Source: Malacoraja senta
Taxonomy: Eukaryota
Direction of reading: 5' to 3'
NCBI GenBank assembly: GCA_038087875.1
Contig: CM075993.1
Span: 8,248,001-8,312,000 of the forward strand
Length of the DNA: 64,000 nt
A program made the translations under genes and the position numbers. Every line of letters begins with the position of its first letter. Position 1 is the first letter of the stretch. Below, one piece after another: positions 24,150 through 36,019 of this stretch. The notes beneath the pieces are model-generated. The model was not told the DNA's origin and searched no databases. It worked only from the letters and a program-made list of their open reading frames with translations.

Positions 24150-27100
24150 AGGCGGCCGGACCTCGTGCACACATCCCCATGCACAGGGGACACGCCCGGT
24201 ACAGATGAACTTGGGAGCACCCGGGATGGCGGACGCCCCCGGCGCGAGGCTGGGCCACCTGCCCTGGCTCGCTAAGGTCCAAATGGGCCGGCTTCAAACG
24301 AGCCACAGACACAGTCTCACGCTGACACCTCCCATGTCCAGAACAAAAGTAGTAGGCCCATGCTGCAGCTCACATGGCCGCTGCAAAGGTGGGTGTCGCG
24401 GCGAAAAAACACATACAAGCAGTCCATGAGAGCCGGCGGCACATGGGAAGGAACCATGCCATGGCGAGACGTCGGGACAGGAGACAGGACGTCGACCCTC
24501 TCCCGCAAACGGGCCAAAGCAGACGATGGTGGCTCCAGGGATGCACCAGCAGCCGGAATAAATTCCCCGGGAACAGTAAGCGGAGAGCCATAGACCAATT
24601 CCGCAGGGGACGAAGCCAAATCCTCTTTCGGGGCGGTCCGAATGCCCAGCAAGACCCACGATAATGCATCCATCCATTCGGGAACCGTGAGGCGTGCCTT
24701 CAGAGCAGCCTTGAGATGGCGGTGGAACCGCTCCCCCAATGCATTGGACTAGGGCTGATAGGCCATCGTATGGTGAAGCTGTGACCCAACAGGCGAGTCA
24801 TCGCAGACCACTGCTCAGACGTGAACTGCGCCCCCCGGTCCAAGGAAACGTCCAACGGGACACCGAAAAGAACAATCCAGTGGGCAACGAGGGCACGGGC
24901 ACACGACAGGGCAGAAGTGTCAACGAGTGGAATGGCCTCCGGCCACCGCCTAAAACGATCCACGACAGTCAGAAGGTGCGTCAGATGGAGGCAGCGGCCC
25001 CACGATCTCCACATGAACATGGTCAAAGCGCCGGCGAGTCACTGCAAACTCCTGTACCGGTGCTCAGACGCGCCGCTGACCTGGACCTGGACGATGACAC
25101 ATTGGCCTGGCTCACCTCAAAGGGAGCTGCAGCTCTAAAAGACACACGACAGAAGAAGAAGAAGAAGCTGCATCTTAGATGTCTGGCACAGAATGCACGC
25201 CCAGGCCCAACGACCAACCTGCTTCAGCAAGCCAATTCCACACAAAACGAGCAGCCACCATCGCAACCGTCACACGGATAGACGGATGGGCCAACACATG
25301 AATGACGTCGAAAACCCGGCTGCGCCAGGCGGCCAGGACAATGGGCCAGGGCTGACCCGTGGAAACGTCGCACAGGATCATAACGGCGGCGGGACCCAAC
25401 GGCACGTCGTCCAGCACCAACCCAGAAATCGGTGCAAGGATATATCCACGAGGATATCGTCCAGGTAAATGAACAGGAAGGCAGGCATCTCCTTGTCCAC
25501 CAGCTGCAACGCAGCCAAGGCGGAATAGTCTATCCCCGGGCCCACGTCAAGGACGGCATCGATGGCAGGGCGGGACAGTGTGTCAGCAACCAGGTTACAC
25601 TTGCCTGCAATGTGACGGATGTCGTCGTGAATCCGAGATCAACGTGAGCTGGCGCTGCTGCCGAGCAAACCAGGGATCCGAAACTTTCACAAAGGCAAAC
25701 GTGAGGGGCTTGTGGTCAGTGAAGGCAGTAAAGTCCCGGCCTTCCTGGAAATAGCGGAAGCGTCTCACCGCTAAGTTCAAAACAAGGAGCTCCCGGTCAA
25801 AGCGCTGTTCTTGCGTTCCGCAGGGTTAAGCTGGCGACTGAAAAAGGCGAGAGGCCACCAGTGACACAGAGCAACTGCTCCAGCAAACCGCTGACCGCAG
25901 AATCAGAAGCATCCAACGTCAGGGCGGTAGGGGCATCAGTATCAGGTGAATCAGGGCGTCAGATTCTGTTCTGTGTCTTGTGTCTACTGTTTGTGGGTAA
26001 GGGTGTCTGTTTAGTGTTCAGCCATGAGCGAATGGCGGTGCGGGCTCGATGGACCTGGTGGTCTACTCTCGCACCTACTTTCTATGTTTCTATGTCTATG
26101 TCAGATGAACCAGCATCGTCGCTTGAGCCAATGCCTCCCCCGCACCATCGAAAGTTGCCACCGTGTCATCATTCCACTGCATGTCTCGCCGCTTACCTAT
26201 CAGCAACTGAGAAAGCGGACGCATGATCCTGGCCGCCGCCAGCACAAAGCGATGATAAATTGTGACCATCCCCACGAACTCCTGAAGGCCCCGCACTGTG
26301 GAAGGCAGCAGAAACTGGCGAATGAATGGCCTCAACTTTGTCCGGATGCGGGACAGCACCGTGGTGAGTCACTCGATTGCCCAGAAAATCAATGGAGCTG
26401 AGGCAAACTGGCACTTGTCGGGGGTTGATGGCGAGACCGTGCTCGCTGAGGCGCTGGCACAACAGACGGAGGTGGGCACAATGTTTTTGCCCAGAGCGGC
26501 AAGCCACGAGGATATCGTCCAGGTAAATGAACAGGAAATCAAGTCCCCAACCCACTGTATCCATCAGGCGGTGGAAAACCTGCTTGAGGCCAAAAAGCAC
26601 ACGAAGGAACTCATACAAACCAAAGGGGATGATAATAGCCGTTTTAGGCACGTCCTCCGGTCGCACAGGGATCTGGTGATAGCTCCGGACTAAGTCAACC
26701 TTCAGAAAATAACTTGGCCCCAGCCAAATGGGCGGAGAAGTCCTGGATGTGGAGAATCAGATAGTGATCCGCGATGGTGGCATCGTTCAGGCGGTGGTCG
26801 TCTCCACAAGGCCTCCAGCCCCCGGAGACCTTCGGTACCATGTGCAGCGGGGAAGCTCATCTATCAGAGCGCCAGACAATTCCCATGGCCTCCATCTGGT
26901 GAAACTCCGCTTTAGCAATCTGGAGCTTGTCGGGAGGCGGCCTGTGGCCGCGGGCATGGTGCGGTGAGCCTGATGTAAGAATGTGATGAACCCCACCGTG
27001 TTTAGGGCTGGCCGAGTAGTACTGCGGAGTCAAAATGTCAGGAAAATCCTCCAATATTTGGGCATAAATATTGTCCACGGAAGACACAGGGTTGCGGTGT

Positions 27101-28130
27101 GATGTGGCGAACGCAGTTGGGAGCAGGGAGATCAATTCGGATGTAGAAGCATGAACGAGGCGTTGGACCCTCACATCGACTAACAGTGATTGACCCCGCA
27201 GGAAATAGGCACCCAGCAGCGGCTGCGACATGTCAGCAACGGTGAACAGCCAGGTAAAATGGCAAGTACCAGAGATGAGCGGGATCGTGTGCTCGCCGTA
27301 AGTCCGTATGGTGCTGTCATTCGTGGCAGTTAATGAAGGCCCCCGCTTTCCAGAACGAGTGTCCACCCCGATGGAATCGTCGTCCTGAGTGCTGGTCCCA
27401 TGCGTACTGACGGTGTATCTGGCCGACCGCTGTGGTGCTTTCTGGCGGCCTGCCCTGGCATTTCCTGGAAATTAGCAGGGCGAGCGGCATTGGCGGGCCG
27501 AGGATCCGCAGCATTGGTGGTAGAAGCACCACTTTCTCTTACTGGCTTCTCCCGGAGCAGGAGACTCAGCTGTGTCCCCCGTGGGCATGTCCCCTGGTCG
27601 CTATGTTTTCCAGGGAGCTATCGACAACCGATCGAGCGAACCGCTGCCCTGCTGCTTGGACGGCCACAGCTCGTTGGCGCGTTCTGCTAACTGCCGGGGG
27701 TCGTCGATGTAGTCCGGCAAATGCTCCAGGAAGGCGTATTCAAAGAGCAGGCAGGGCCGTTGGCCGTCCATCAGCGTGAGCATTTCGCTCATGGGGACCG
27801 ATGGCTTGTGATCGCCAAGCCCGCCCATCTGGAGGAGCTCGATCCAGGCGGCTGAGCCCGAAGGTGCGGAGAAGCAGCGCTTTGAGGCCCTCAAACTTAT
27901 CGGCCTCCAGTGGCTCGCTGAGGTAAGGAACCAAGCGACCGGCTGTCTCCTGATCGAGCACGCCGACCACGCGGGTACAGTAGCGGGTGTTGTCGAATGT
28001 GGAACTGGGCCTGGGCTCGCTGGAACCACACCTGGGGCTGCGAGGTCCAGAAAAGCAGCAGCTTAAGTGCAACAGCGTTTTGTTGGGCCGGATCGGCGGC
28101 AACGGCGGGGTTGAGAGTCGGCTGCGTCCA
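24150..28130 (-). pseudogene. gag-pol pseudogene of Gypsy element
   Basis: Fragmented ORFs: gag (AVALKL..FWTSQPQVWF), protease region (PLLGAYFL), RT ([22 protein letters not shown]), RNase H, integrase. Confidence 0.9.
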
Positions 28131-28143
28131 TTTATGCATTGAC

Positions 28144-28157
28144 CGTCGGGGTCACCA
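28144..28157 (-). other. Primer-binding site complementary to tRNA-Trp 3' end
   Basis: Minus strand tggtgaccccgacg; vertebrate tRNA-Trp ends ...CGTCGGGGTCACCA. Confidence 0.85.
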
Positions 28158-28158
28158 A

Positions 28159-28354
28159 TATAGCAAGACACGTGTTGTCAAACAAAGTGATTTTATTAAG
28201 TTCACACAAAACAGCTCTCAGAAGCACAACAAGGGGCAAGGGCGTTACCAACACTATTTATACCCGGGGGGACTCGTGACCCGCTCTTCCCATCATACCA
28301 AGTCACATGACCCAACCCCCAGAGCCGAGTGTCTAACCACCAGGGACCGCCACA
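28159..28354 (-). repeat. 5' LTR of Gypsy element
   Basis: Direct repeat of 23888-24101; minus-strand tataaat and aataaa signals. Confidence 0.92.
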
Positions 28355-28806
28355 CGGTGATCTGCATTGACGGAGGCCTTGTTACACTGTTGGGGTGACT
28401 GTTTCGCAGCCACTGTGTTACTTTTGAAACCGTTGTTGTTCAGGCAGTAAATATAATTGTTGTACATTTACCACCCGAGGGGAGGAAGTGACCGCTTTGC
28501 AGCGTTGTGTGGTGAAAGTGATGGATATATTTCCTGTATCTGATTACGATTCAGAGAATTGTGGCACTGGGAGAGATGACTGATCTTGCATCAGTTTAAA
28601 AAAAACAAAGCTTGTTTATAATGTCATCTGAGCCCTCGTCTGAGGTCACTGTCAAACCTCACTAAGGTTATGCAGTGCTGTGTATTAGAAGGTTTTTATT
28701 TTACACAATGCAGAGACTACCTAAAAAGGACTCCTGGAGCCTGTGAAAAAAAGTAGATCTTATGCTCATTATCTCATTCACAAATAACTGCTGAGTCTGA
28801 TTAATA

Positions 28807-29030
28807 GTTCAGTTTAGAGATACAGCTGGAAACGGGCCCTTTGGCCCACTGAGTCCGCGCTGACCAGCGATCCCCACACACAAACACTATATCCTACACA
28901 CACGAGGGACAATTTACAATTTTACCAAGGCTAATTAGCCTACAAACCTGTACGTCTTTGGAGTGTGGGAGGAAACCAGAGCACCCGGAGAAAACCCACG
29001 CAGGTCACGGGGAAAACGTACAAATTGTGT
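28807..29030 (-). mobile_element. HE1-like V-SINE, 5'-truncated
   Basis: Family match. Confidence 0.8.
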
Positions 29031-29435
29031 ACATGTTTTAAAGTTTATAGTGATTAGTACAGATGTGGTTTATCAAGTATGTGCAGAACTCAAGTGATTT
29101 CTGTACTTGTGGGATCTGGGGAAATGTAACTGTAGGTCTTAATGTTAAATTCATGCACTGGAGTTTTGCTAAATTGTTCTGTCAAAAATGTTGCCACATT
29201 TTATCATTGTAGTAGTTTATTTCAGAGTCTCCCCTGGGAGAATTAAATAAATTGGATGGATTTGTTGATGGGCAAATTGTTGTCTAGGACAGGAAGAGTT
29301 TGACAGTAAGTGGTTTGTTTCTTTTATGTTACCTTGATGTTATCGTTGAGATACTTCTCATTTGGGTTGCTATTTTGCAATTAATTTAAAGCTATCCACA
29401 ATTCATTAACATATCCTGGCACTGATTATTATAAT

Positions 29436-29648
29436 GTGTAGGAAGGAATTGCAGATGCTAGTTTAGACACAAAATGCTGGAGTAACCCAGCAGGTCTGGC
29501 AGGATCTCTGGAGAGAAGGAATGTGTTGTAGAAGGAACTGCAGATGAAGGAGGGTCTGAAGAAGGGTCTCGACCCGAAACGTCACCCATTCCTTCTCTCC
29601 AGAGATGCTGCCTGTCCCGCTGAGTTACTCCAGCATTTTGTGTCTATT
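29436..29648. mobile_element. Palindromic PLE pLTR insertion with 15-bp TSD
   Basis: TSD actgattattataat at 29421-29435 and 29649-29663. Confidence 0.85.
29546..29595 (+). ncRNA. Minimal type-I hammerhead ribozyme-like motif in PLE pLTR
   Basis: Stem I gaagga-gggt / accc-at-tccttc; core CTGAAGA(A); stem II gggt-ctcg-accc; GAAA-C-GTC. Confidence 0.6.
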
Positions 29649-30078
29649 ACTGATTATTATAATTTTGTTCCTTGGTTGCTGTTCTTTATTTTAGATTGAC
29701 AGACGACAAAATTACCTTTAGCACTGTAAGAAGCAGCGTTAGGAAACTTGCTCTGTCTTCCCTCCCTCAACGTCCCCCCCCACCCAAACCTCCACAAAAA
29801 TTAAAAATGTCTAATTCTTAAAAATATAATTAATATGTTCATGTGATAGGAGCAGAATTAGGCCATTCGGCCCATCAAGTCAACTCTGCCATTTAATCAT
29901 GGCTGATCTATCTCTCCCTCCTAAACCCATTCTCCTGCCTATCCCTGATCAAGAAACAATCTATCTGAGTCCCCCTGTATCCGACCCACCTAATCCCTTT
30001 ATTCAGAACAAAGCAGCTGGTGATTGGTGTCAAAGTAGGTGATGAACAGGGTGACTGTTCCTAGAAGGAGCTAGCATA

Positions 30079-30365
30079 GGGGCGGCATGGTGGCGCAGCG
30101 GTAGAGTTGCTGCCTTACAGTGCCGGAGACCAGAGTTCGATCCCGACTACGGGTGCTGTCTGTATAGAATTTGTACGTTCTCCCCGTGACCTGCGTGGGT
30201 TTTCTCTCGAGGTCTTCGGTTTTCTCCCACACTCCAAATTGGTTTGGTAAATGTAAAAATTGTCCCGAGTGTGTGTAGGATCGTGTTAATATGCGGGGAT
30301 TGCTGGTCGGTCCAGACCCGGTGGGCCGAAGGGCCTTTTTCCACACTGTATCTCTAAACTAAACA
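30079..30365 (+). mobile_element. HE1-like V-SINE
   Basis: Family match. Confidence 0.85.
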
Positions 30366-31339
30366 TAAACTTGATGAGCTGAATGGCTGCCTCCTGTTCT
30401 GTAGTCTGTAACAGTTCTGTGATTCATCTCCAGGGCTTCCTCTTTGTGCTCTTTGGATTGTATATTGTCGCAGAGTTGAGATACAGAGTTGCAAGGGGAG
30501 GGTATGGATCCTGAGGAGGAAGGGGAGGGGGGGGGGGGGGGGGGGAGAGAAAGAAGGTTACTTGATTTCTGTGGCTAACTTGCTTGAAGAGAATATTTTG
30601 TTTTGTCAGCAGTGGAACCAATGCATCTTTTATTCCCTTTGGAGTCCTGCCAGTTCACCGTGTTCACAATTTGTGTCACTAACTTTATATAATGTCCTGC
30701 TAATTGATACGGAAACTAGATATCTTTACAGAATCAACACATGCTGGAAACGTAGTTTTGCTCTTTGATCTTGCATGTGTAATTGGATTTCGCCTCAAAA
30801 GGGAAAATATATGGTCCTGCTGCTCGTTTGTTGTGCAGCCTCTGATGCCCTTTCAGAAATCATTACTCACTGGGGTCTCCACTGTGCATGCCACAAGGGA
30901 ATTGTTTGGCCAATAAGTAAGCACGCTATCGATGGTACAAAAATATACTGATTCCGCCATCTGTTCCTGCTGTCATGCAGATTAAAACGTGTTCAGCGGT
31001 TCAACTATTGTAGCTGAAGGTGTTTATGTGATTTTTATTTAATGTACTGAGTCAACGGCTAATGCGTTTGGAACTGAAATTCCAACCGAGTAAACTAGTT
31101 GGCCAAACACACAAAGCAGCAGAGGAACTCGGCATGTTAGGCGGTATCCAGGGAGGGAATGGATAGGTGACGTTTTGGATCGAGACACTTCTTCATCAAA
31201 TTAGTTGGCCTAAGTCGGCAATAGATATTGTTTTTCTGGCTACTGATTTAACGTTTGTTATCTTTCGCTGATAAATCTCCTCGCGTTACTTCACTTCCTC
31301 TCAATTCCTGCTACTTGCATCTCAACTGTCGAAGGATTT

Positions 31340-31990
31340 ATGGGGGGAAGAAAATATAAACTGCTGAAAGAACTCAGCAGATCACAGGTGAATCTGTGGA
31401 GGTAAAGGAATGGTCGCCATTTTGGCACGGAGAGAGTAGGGTAAAGTATAGAGAGGTGAGAGGGAGTGATGAGACAGAGGTGGTAGGTGGAACCTGATGA
31501 GGGGCGGGGTGGGGGGGAAGGGCTAGGGGTGATGGGAAGACAGGTGGTGGAGGGGAGGGGAGGGGGAAGGGAAGAGGCGGAGGCTGGTGGGTAAGGTAAG
31601 AAAATGGAGCCATTAGGTTGAAGGTCACCCAAACAGAATACGGGGTGCTGTTCCATCAGTTTGCCTTTGGCCTCACCATGACAATGTAGAAGGCTGAGGA
31701 CAGACTGAAATATATGGATTCAGAAGAATTAACTGCTGTTGTTAAGCTAGGTCTCAATGAGTTACATGCTTTTTCACAATCATCTTTTTTTTTTCATACT
31801 TGGTCATTTCAAAACCAGCATTTTTATATTTGTGTTGTGAGCCTGAAGTGACATGCCCCTGGATGGTGGTGAGAGAGAAGGTATAGGGACGTCTTTCCCC
31901 TTTGGTTGCAGGGGAAAGTACAGGGAGATGGGGACCAGGGAGTCATGGGGAGAATGGTCCCTGCAGAAAGCAGGAGGGTTGAGAGGAGAT
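31340..31990 (-). mobile_element. Old Penelope-like fragments
   Basis: MEQHPVFCLGDLQPNG ORF end plus polypurine 3' UTR. Confidence 0.6.
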
Positions 31991-32114
31991 GGAGTGGGGT
32001 GAAGAGGGCTGGTCATCAAGATATACAGCACGGAAACAGGGATGTATGATGGTCTACATAGGCACAATGGATGAAGCGTAGTTTCTATTCCAGTTCATTA
32101 TCAAAATCTGGAGG

Positions 32115-32368
32115 GGAACACAGTGGCGCAATGGGAGATGGCGCCAGAGACCCGGGTTCGATCCTGACTACGGGTGCAGTTTGTGCAGAGTTTATACATT
32201 CTCACTGTGTCCGCGTGGGTTTTCACCGGGTGCTCTGGTTTCCTCCCACATTCCAAATACGTGCAGGTTTGTAGGTTAATTGGCTTCTGAATAGAACTAG
32301 TGTAATTTTTTGGTCGGCATGGACTCGGTGGGCCAAAGGTGTTCCCACTCTGTATCTCCAAAAACTAA
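32115..32368 (+). mobile_element. HE1-like V-SINE
   Basis: Family match. Confidence 0.8.
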
Positions 32369-32749
32369 AAACAACGTATAGAACTGACAAATCTTTCAAG
32401 TTTTTTTAACGAAAAGAGTTTTTTTGCTGTGGACAAATGCAACCAATTTTGGAGGCAATTTTATAAAGCAAAGAAGAAAAAAAAATCTCATCAAACACAG
32501 TGCCTTCCATAATGTTTAGGACAAATACCCATCATTATTTATTTGCCTCTGTACTCCACAATTCGAGATTTGTAATAGAAAGAATCGCACGTGGTTAAAG
32601 TGCACATTGTCAGATTATAATAAAGGCCATTTTTATACATTTTGGTTTCACCATGTAGAAATTACAGCAGTGTTTATACATAGTCCCCCCATTTCCAACA
32701 GATCAAAAACACTCTTCAGGAGTCAGGTGTGGATCTTTCCTGGGTCCGG

Positions 32750-33390
32750 GAAAGAAGATCTTTCCTGGACCCAGCACACTGATGCAATTGTAAAGAAGAC
32801 ACATCAGCGACTACTTCCTGAGAAGATTACGGAGATTCGACATGTCGAAAAGGATTCTCCTAAATCTCTACAGGTGCACGGTAGTGAGCATTCTGACTGG
32901 TTGCATCATGGCCTGGTTCGGCAACTTGAACGTCCAGGAGCGAAAAAGACTACAAAAAGTTGTGACCACTGCCCAGTCCATCACCGGCTTTGACCTCCCC
33001 ACCGTCGAAGGGATCTATCGTAGTCGCTGCCTCAAAAAGGCAGCCAAAATCATCAAGGACCCACACCATCCTGGCCACACACTTATCTCACCATTGCCAT
33101 CAGAAGAAGGTACAGGAGCCTGAAGACTGTAACGTCCAGGTTCAGGAACAGCTCCTTCCCCACAGCCATCAGGCTATTAAACACAATGAATAAGCTCTTA
33201 GCTCTGAACTACAAAAGACTATATTATTATTTGTTATTTACACTATATTTGTTAGTTATTGAACTTTTTCTTTTTTTTCCCGTTATATACAATGCTTACA
33301 TATTCACATATTCTGTTGTGCTGCAGCAAGTAAGAATTTTATTGTCCCGTCCGGGACATATGAAAAAAAACCACTCTTGAATTGTTGACT
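32750..33390 (+). mobile_element. Rex1/Babar LINE 3' fragment nested in Tc1
   Basis: DLSWTQHTDAIVKK; YRCTVVSILTGCIMAWFGN. Confidence 0.85.
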
Positions 33391-33399
33391 CTTGGATTT

Positions 33400-34147
33400 G
33401 TCAATGACCACTGTCCGCAGAAGACTTCATGAACAGAAATACAGAGGCTACACTGCAAGATGCAAACCACTGGTTAGCCGCAAAAATAGGATGGCCAGGT
33501 TACAGTTTGCCAAGAAGTACTTAAAAGAGCAACCACAGTTCTGGAAAAAGGTCTTGTAGACAGATAAGAGGAAGATTAATTTATATCAGAGCGATGCCAC
33601 GAATAAAGTATGGAGCAGAGAAGGAACTGCTCAAGATCCAAAGCATTCCACCTCATCTGTGAAACATGGTGGTGGGGGTGTTATGACCTGGGCATGTATG
33701 GCTACTGAAGGTACTGGCCTACATATCTTCATTGATGATACAACTGCTGATGGTAGTAGCATAATGAATTCTGAAGTGTATAGACACATCCTATCTGCTC
33801 AAGTCCAAACAAATGCCTCAAAACTCATTGGCCGACAGTTCATTCTACAGCGAGACAATGATCCCAAACATACTGCTGAAGCAACAAATGAGTTTTTCAA
33901 AGTTAAAAAATGGTCAATTCTTGAGTGGCCAAGTCAATCACCCGATCTGAACTCAATTGAGCATGCCTTTTATATGCTGAAGAGAAAACTGAAGGAGACT
34001 AGCCCCCTAAACAAGCATAAGCTAAAGATGGCTGCAATACGGGCCTGGCAGAGCATCACCAGAGAAGACACCCAGCAACTGATGATGTCCATGAATCGCA
34101 GACTTCAAGCAGTCATTGCATGCAAAGGATATTCAACAAAATACTAA
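33400..34147 (+). pseudogene. Tc1 transposase pseudogene (C-terminal part)
   Basis: KHGGGGVMTWAC, QRDNDPKH...WPSQSPDLNSIE (34 residues between D and E); upstream stop, N-terminus missing. Confidence 0.9.
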
Positions 34148-34818
34148 TCATGGCTACTTTCATTTACATGACATTGCTGTGTCCCAAACATTATGGTGCC
34201 CTGAAATGGGGGGACTATGTATAAAAACTGCTGTAATTTCTACATGGTGAAACCAAAATGTATAAAAATGTCCTTTATTAAAATCAGACAATGTGCACTT
34301 TAACCAGGTGTGATTTTTTCTATTACAAATCTCAAATTGTGGAATACAGAGGCAAATAACTAAATGATGGGTCTTTGTCCCAAACATTATGGAGGGTACT
34401 GTAAGTAGTTTTTGTGGCATTTACTCAACAGCCTGACTGCTTTCATGTGCTCTTCTATTCAATGCTCTTGTATGAATGTCCAGTACCTGACTACAAGATA
34501 TGTAATCAATTGCACTGATCAATGCAAAAATATTGGTTTTACTCTCTGAGTCTCCTTCTGTTTCAGCAGCTTGTGCATCACACATAATAGACGTTCATCA
34601 TTTATGATTTGCAATTAACAGTAATGAAGAATAGAGAAGATTTCAATATTGCAGATCTAATTATACACAAGAGAGAATTCATTTGTCTAACTATAGTCAT
34701 TAATATATTGGCTTGTTTCCAAAATGCTTTGATAGAATGGTTGAACCACTTTAAAATGATTGTGATCGGGGTTTATCGAATCTGCTTGTTTGAAGCCACA
34801 CCTAGATAGACACTCTAG

Positions 34819-35030
34819 ATAGACACAAAAAGCTGGAGTAATTCAGGAGGTCAGACAGCATCTCTGGAGGAAAGGAATAGGTGACTTTTCGGGTCGAGAC
34901 CCTTCTTCAGACTGAAGAAGTCTTGACCCAAATCGTCACTTATTCCTTTTCTCCAGAGATACTATCTGACCCGCTGAGTTACTCCAGCTTCTTGTGTCTA
35001 TCTTCAGTTTAAACCAGCATCTGTAGTTCA
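34819..35030. mobile_element. Palindromic PLE pLTR pair
   Basis: Near-perfect inverted repeat centred on cttcagactgaag. Confidence 0.85.
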
Positions 35031-35329
35031 TGCAATAATCTCTGCTTGCTTCTTTAATCCGTACTCATCTGTGATTTAATGTCCTTTTGGAACAGGAAGA
35101 TCTGTCTTGCCCTTGACCCCAATCATCACACCATACACTGTGTATATAAAGGGCAGAATCTCCTGGTATTTACTTTGGAAGAGATGCTGATATCTCCTGA
35201 GTGAGGCTTCCTTACAGACCTTGTTATAAATGACCTACGAGGCATTATTGTCTACCGCCCTTCATTATAAACATTAGAAAATAACCAGTTATAGGTCGTA
35301 CTAATTTGTAAGGAGCTACAGCAATAAAA

Positions 35330-35515
35330 AGGCACAGAGTGCTGGAGCAACTCAGTCGGTTAGGCAGCATCTCTGGAGAATGTGGATAGGTGATATTTCA
35401 AGTCGGGACCCTTCTTCAGACTGAAGAGAGGTCCCGACCAGAAACATCTCCTATCCATATTCTTCAGAAATATTGCCTGACCCGCTGAGTTACTTCAGCA
35501 CTTAGTGTCTTTTTT
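35330..35515. mobile_element. Palindromic PLE pLTR pair
   Basis: Same architecture. Confidence 0.8.
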
Positions 35516-36019
35516 TGTAGTAATTTGTAATATATTGCTTATCCTGGAGTAAATGTGCTTTTTTGTGTGTGTTTACCACAGGGAAATTGGACTCCAAGGT
35601 GCATCAAGGAATGAAGAAGGCATTAATGCGGCAGAAACAGATAACATAGTGTACAAGAAACCAAACGTGGGATGTGGCACGAGGTTTGGATTGCCTTGTG
35701 CTGTGAAGTCCCAGAGCTGGTAACTTAAAAGTGCATTGTAAAATGTATAGCCAGTAAGGTACAGTTGCAAAATCTAACAACCCTCCACTGCATTAACCAG
35801 CAGCCTGACACTGATGACCCAGAAATCTCAAAGCCTTTATATGTATCAATATTTAAGAATGTAATTCAAATACTTGGTAATATTAAAGAGAGGATTGTTC
35901 AGAAACATACATTCCAGTAATCCTGCCACCATTTGGCAATCCACAAAACAAGGTCTTGTTCAGCTTTACTTTCCACATTTGATTAAAGGAGTTAATGATG
36001 CTTGAAACCTATCTGTCTT

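Larger units (their letters stand above)
23888..28354 (-). mobile_element. Full-length decayed Ty3/Gypsy LTR retrotransposon, CsRn1-like clade
   Basis: Two LTRs, 4-bp TSD cagt/cggt, tRNA-Trp PBS, PPT, gag CHCC finger, RT YLDD, RNase H (FTDHKPL), integrase (ERFHRHLK); many frameshifts. Confidence 0.93.
32498..34401 (+). mobile_element. Tc1/mariner DD34E transposon with about 200-bp IR/DR TIRs; internally deleted and carrying a LINE insertion
   Basis: TIRs 32498-32696 and about 34180-34401; direct repeat tgtcccaaacattatgg; TA at right flank. Confidence 0.92.
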
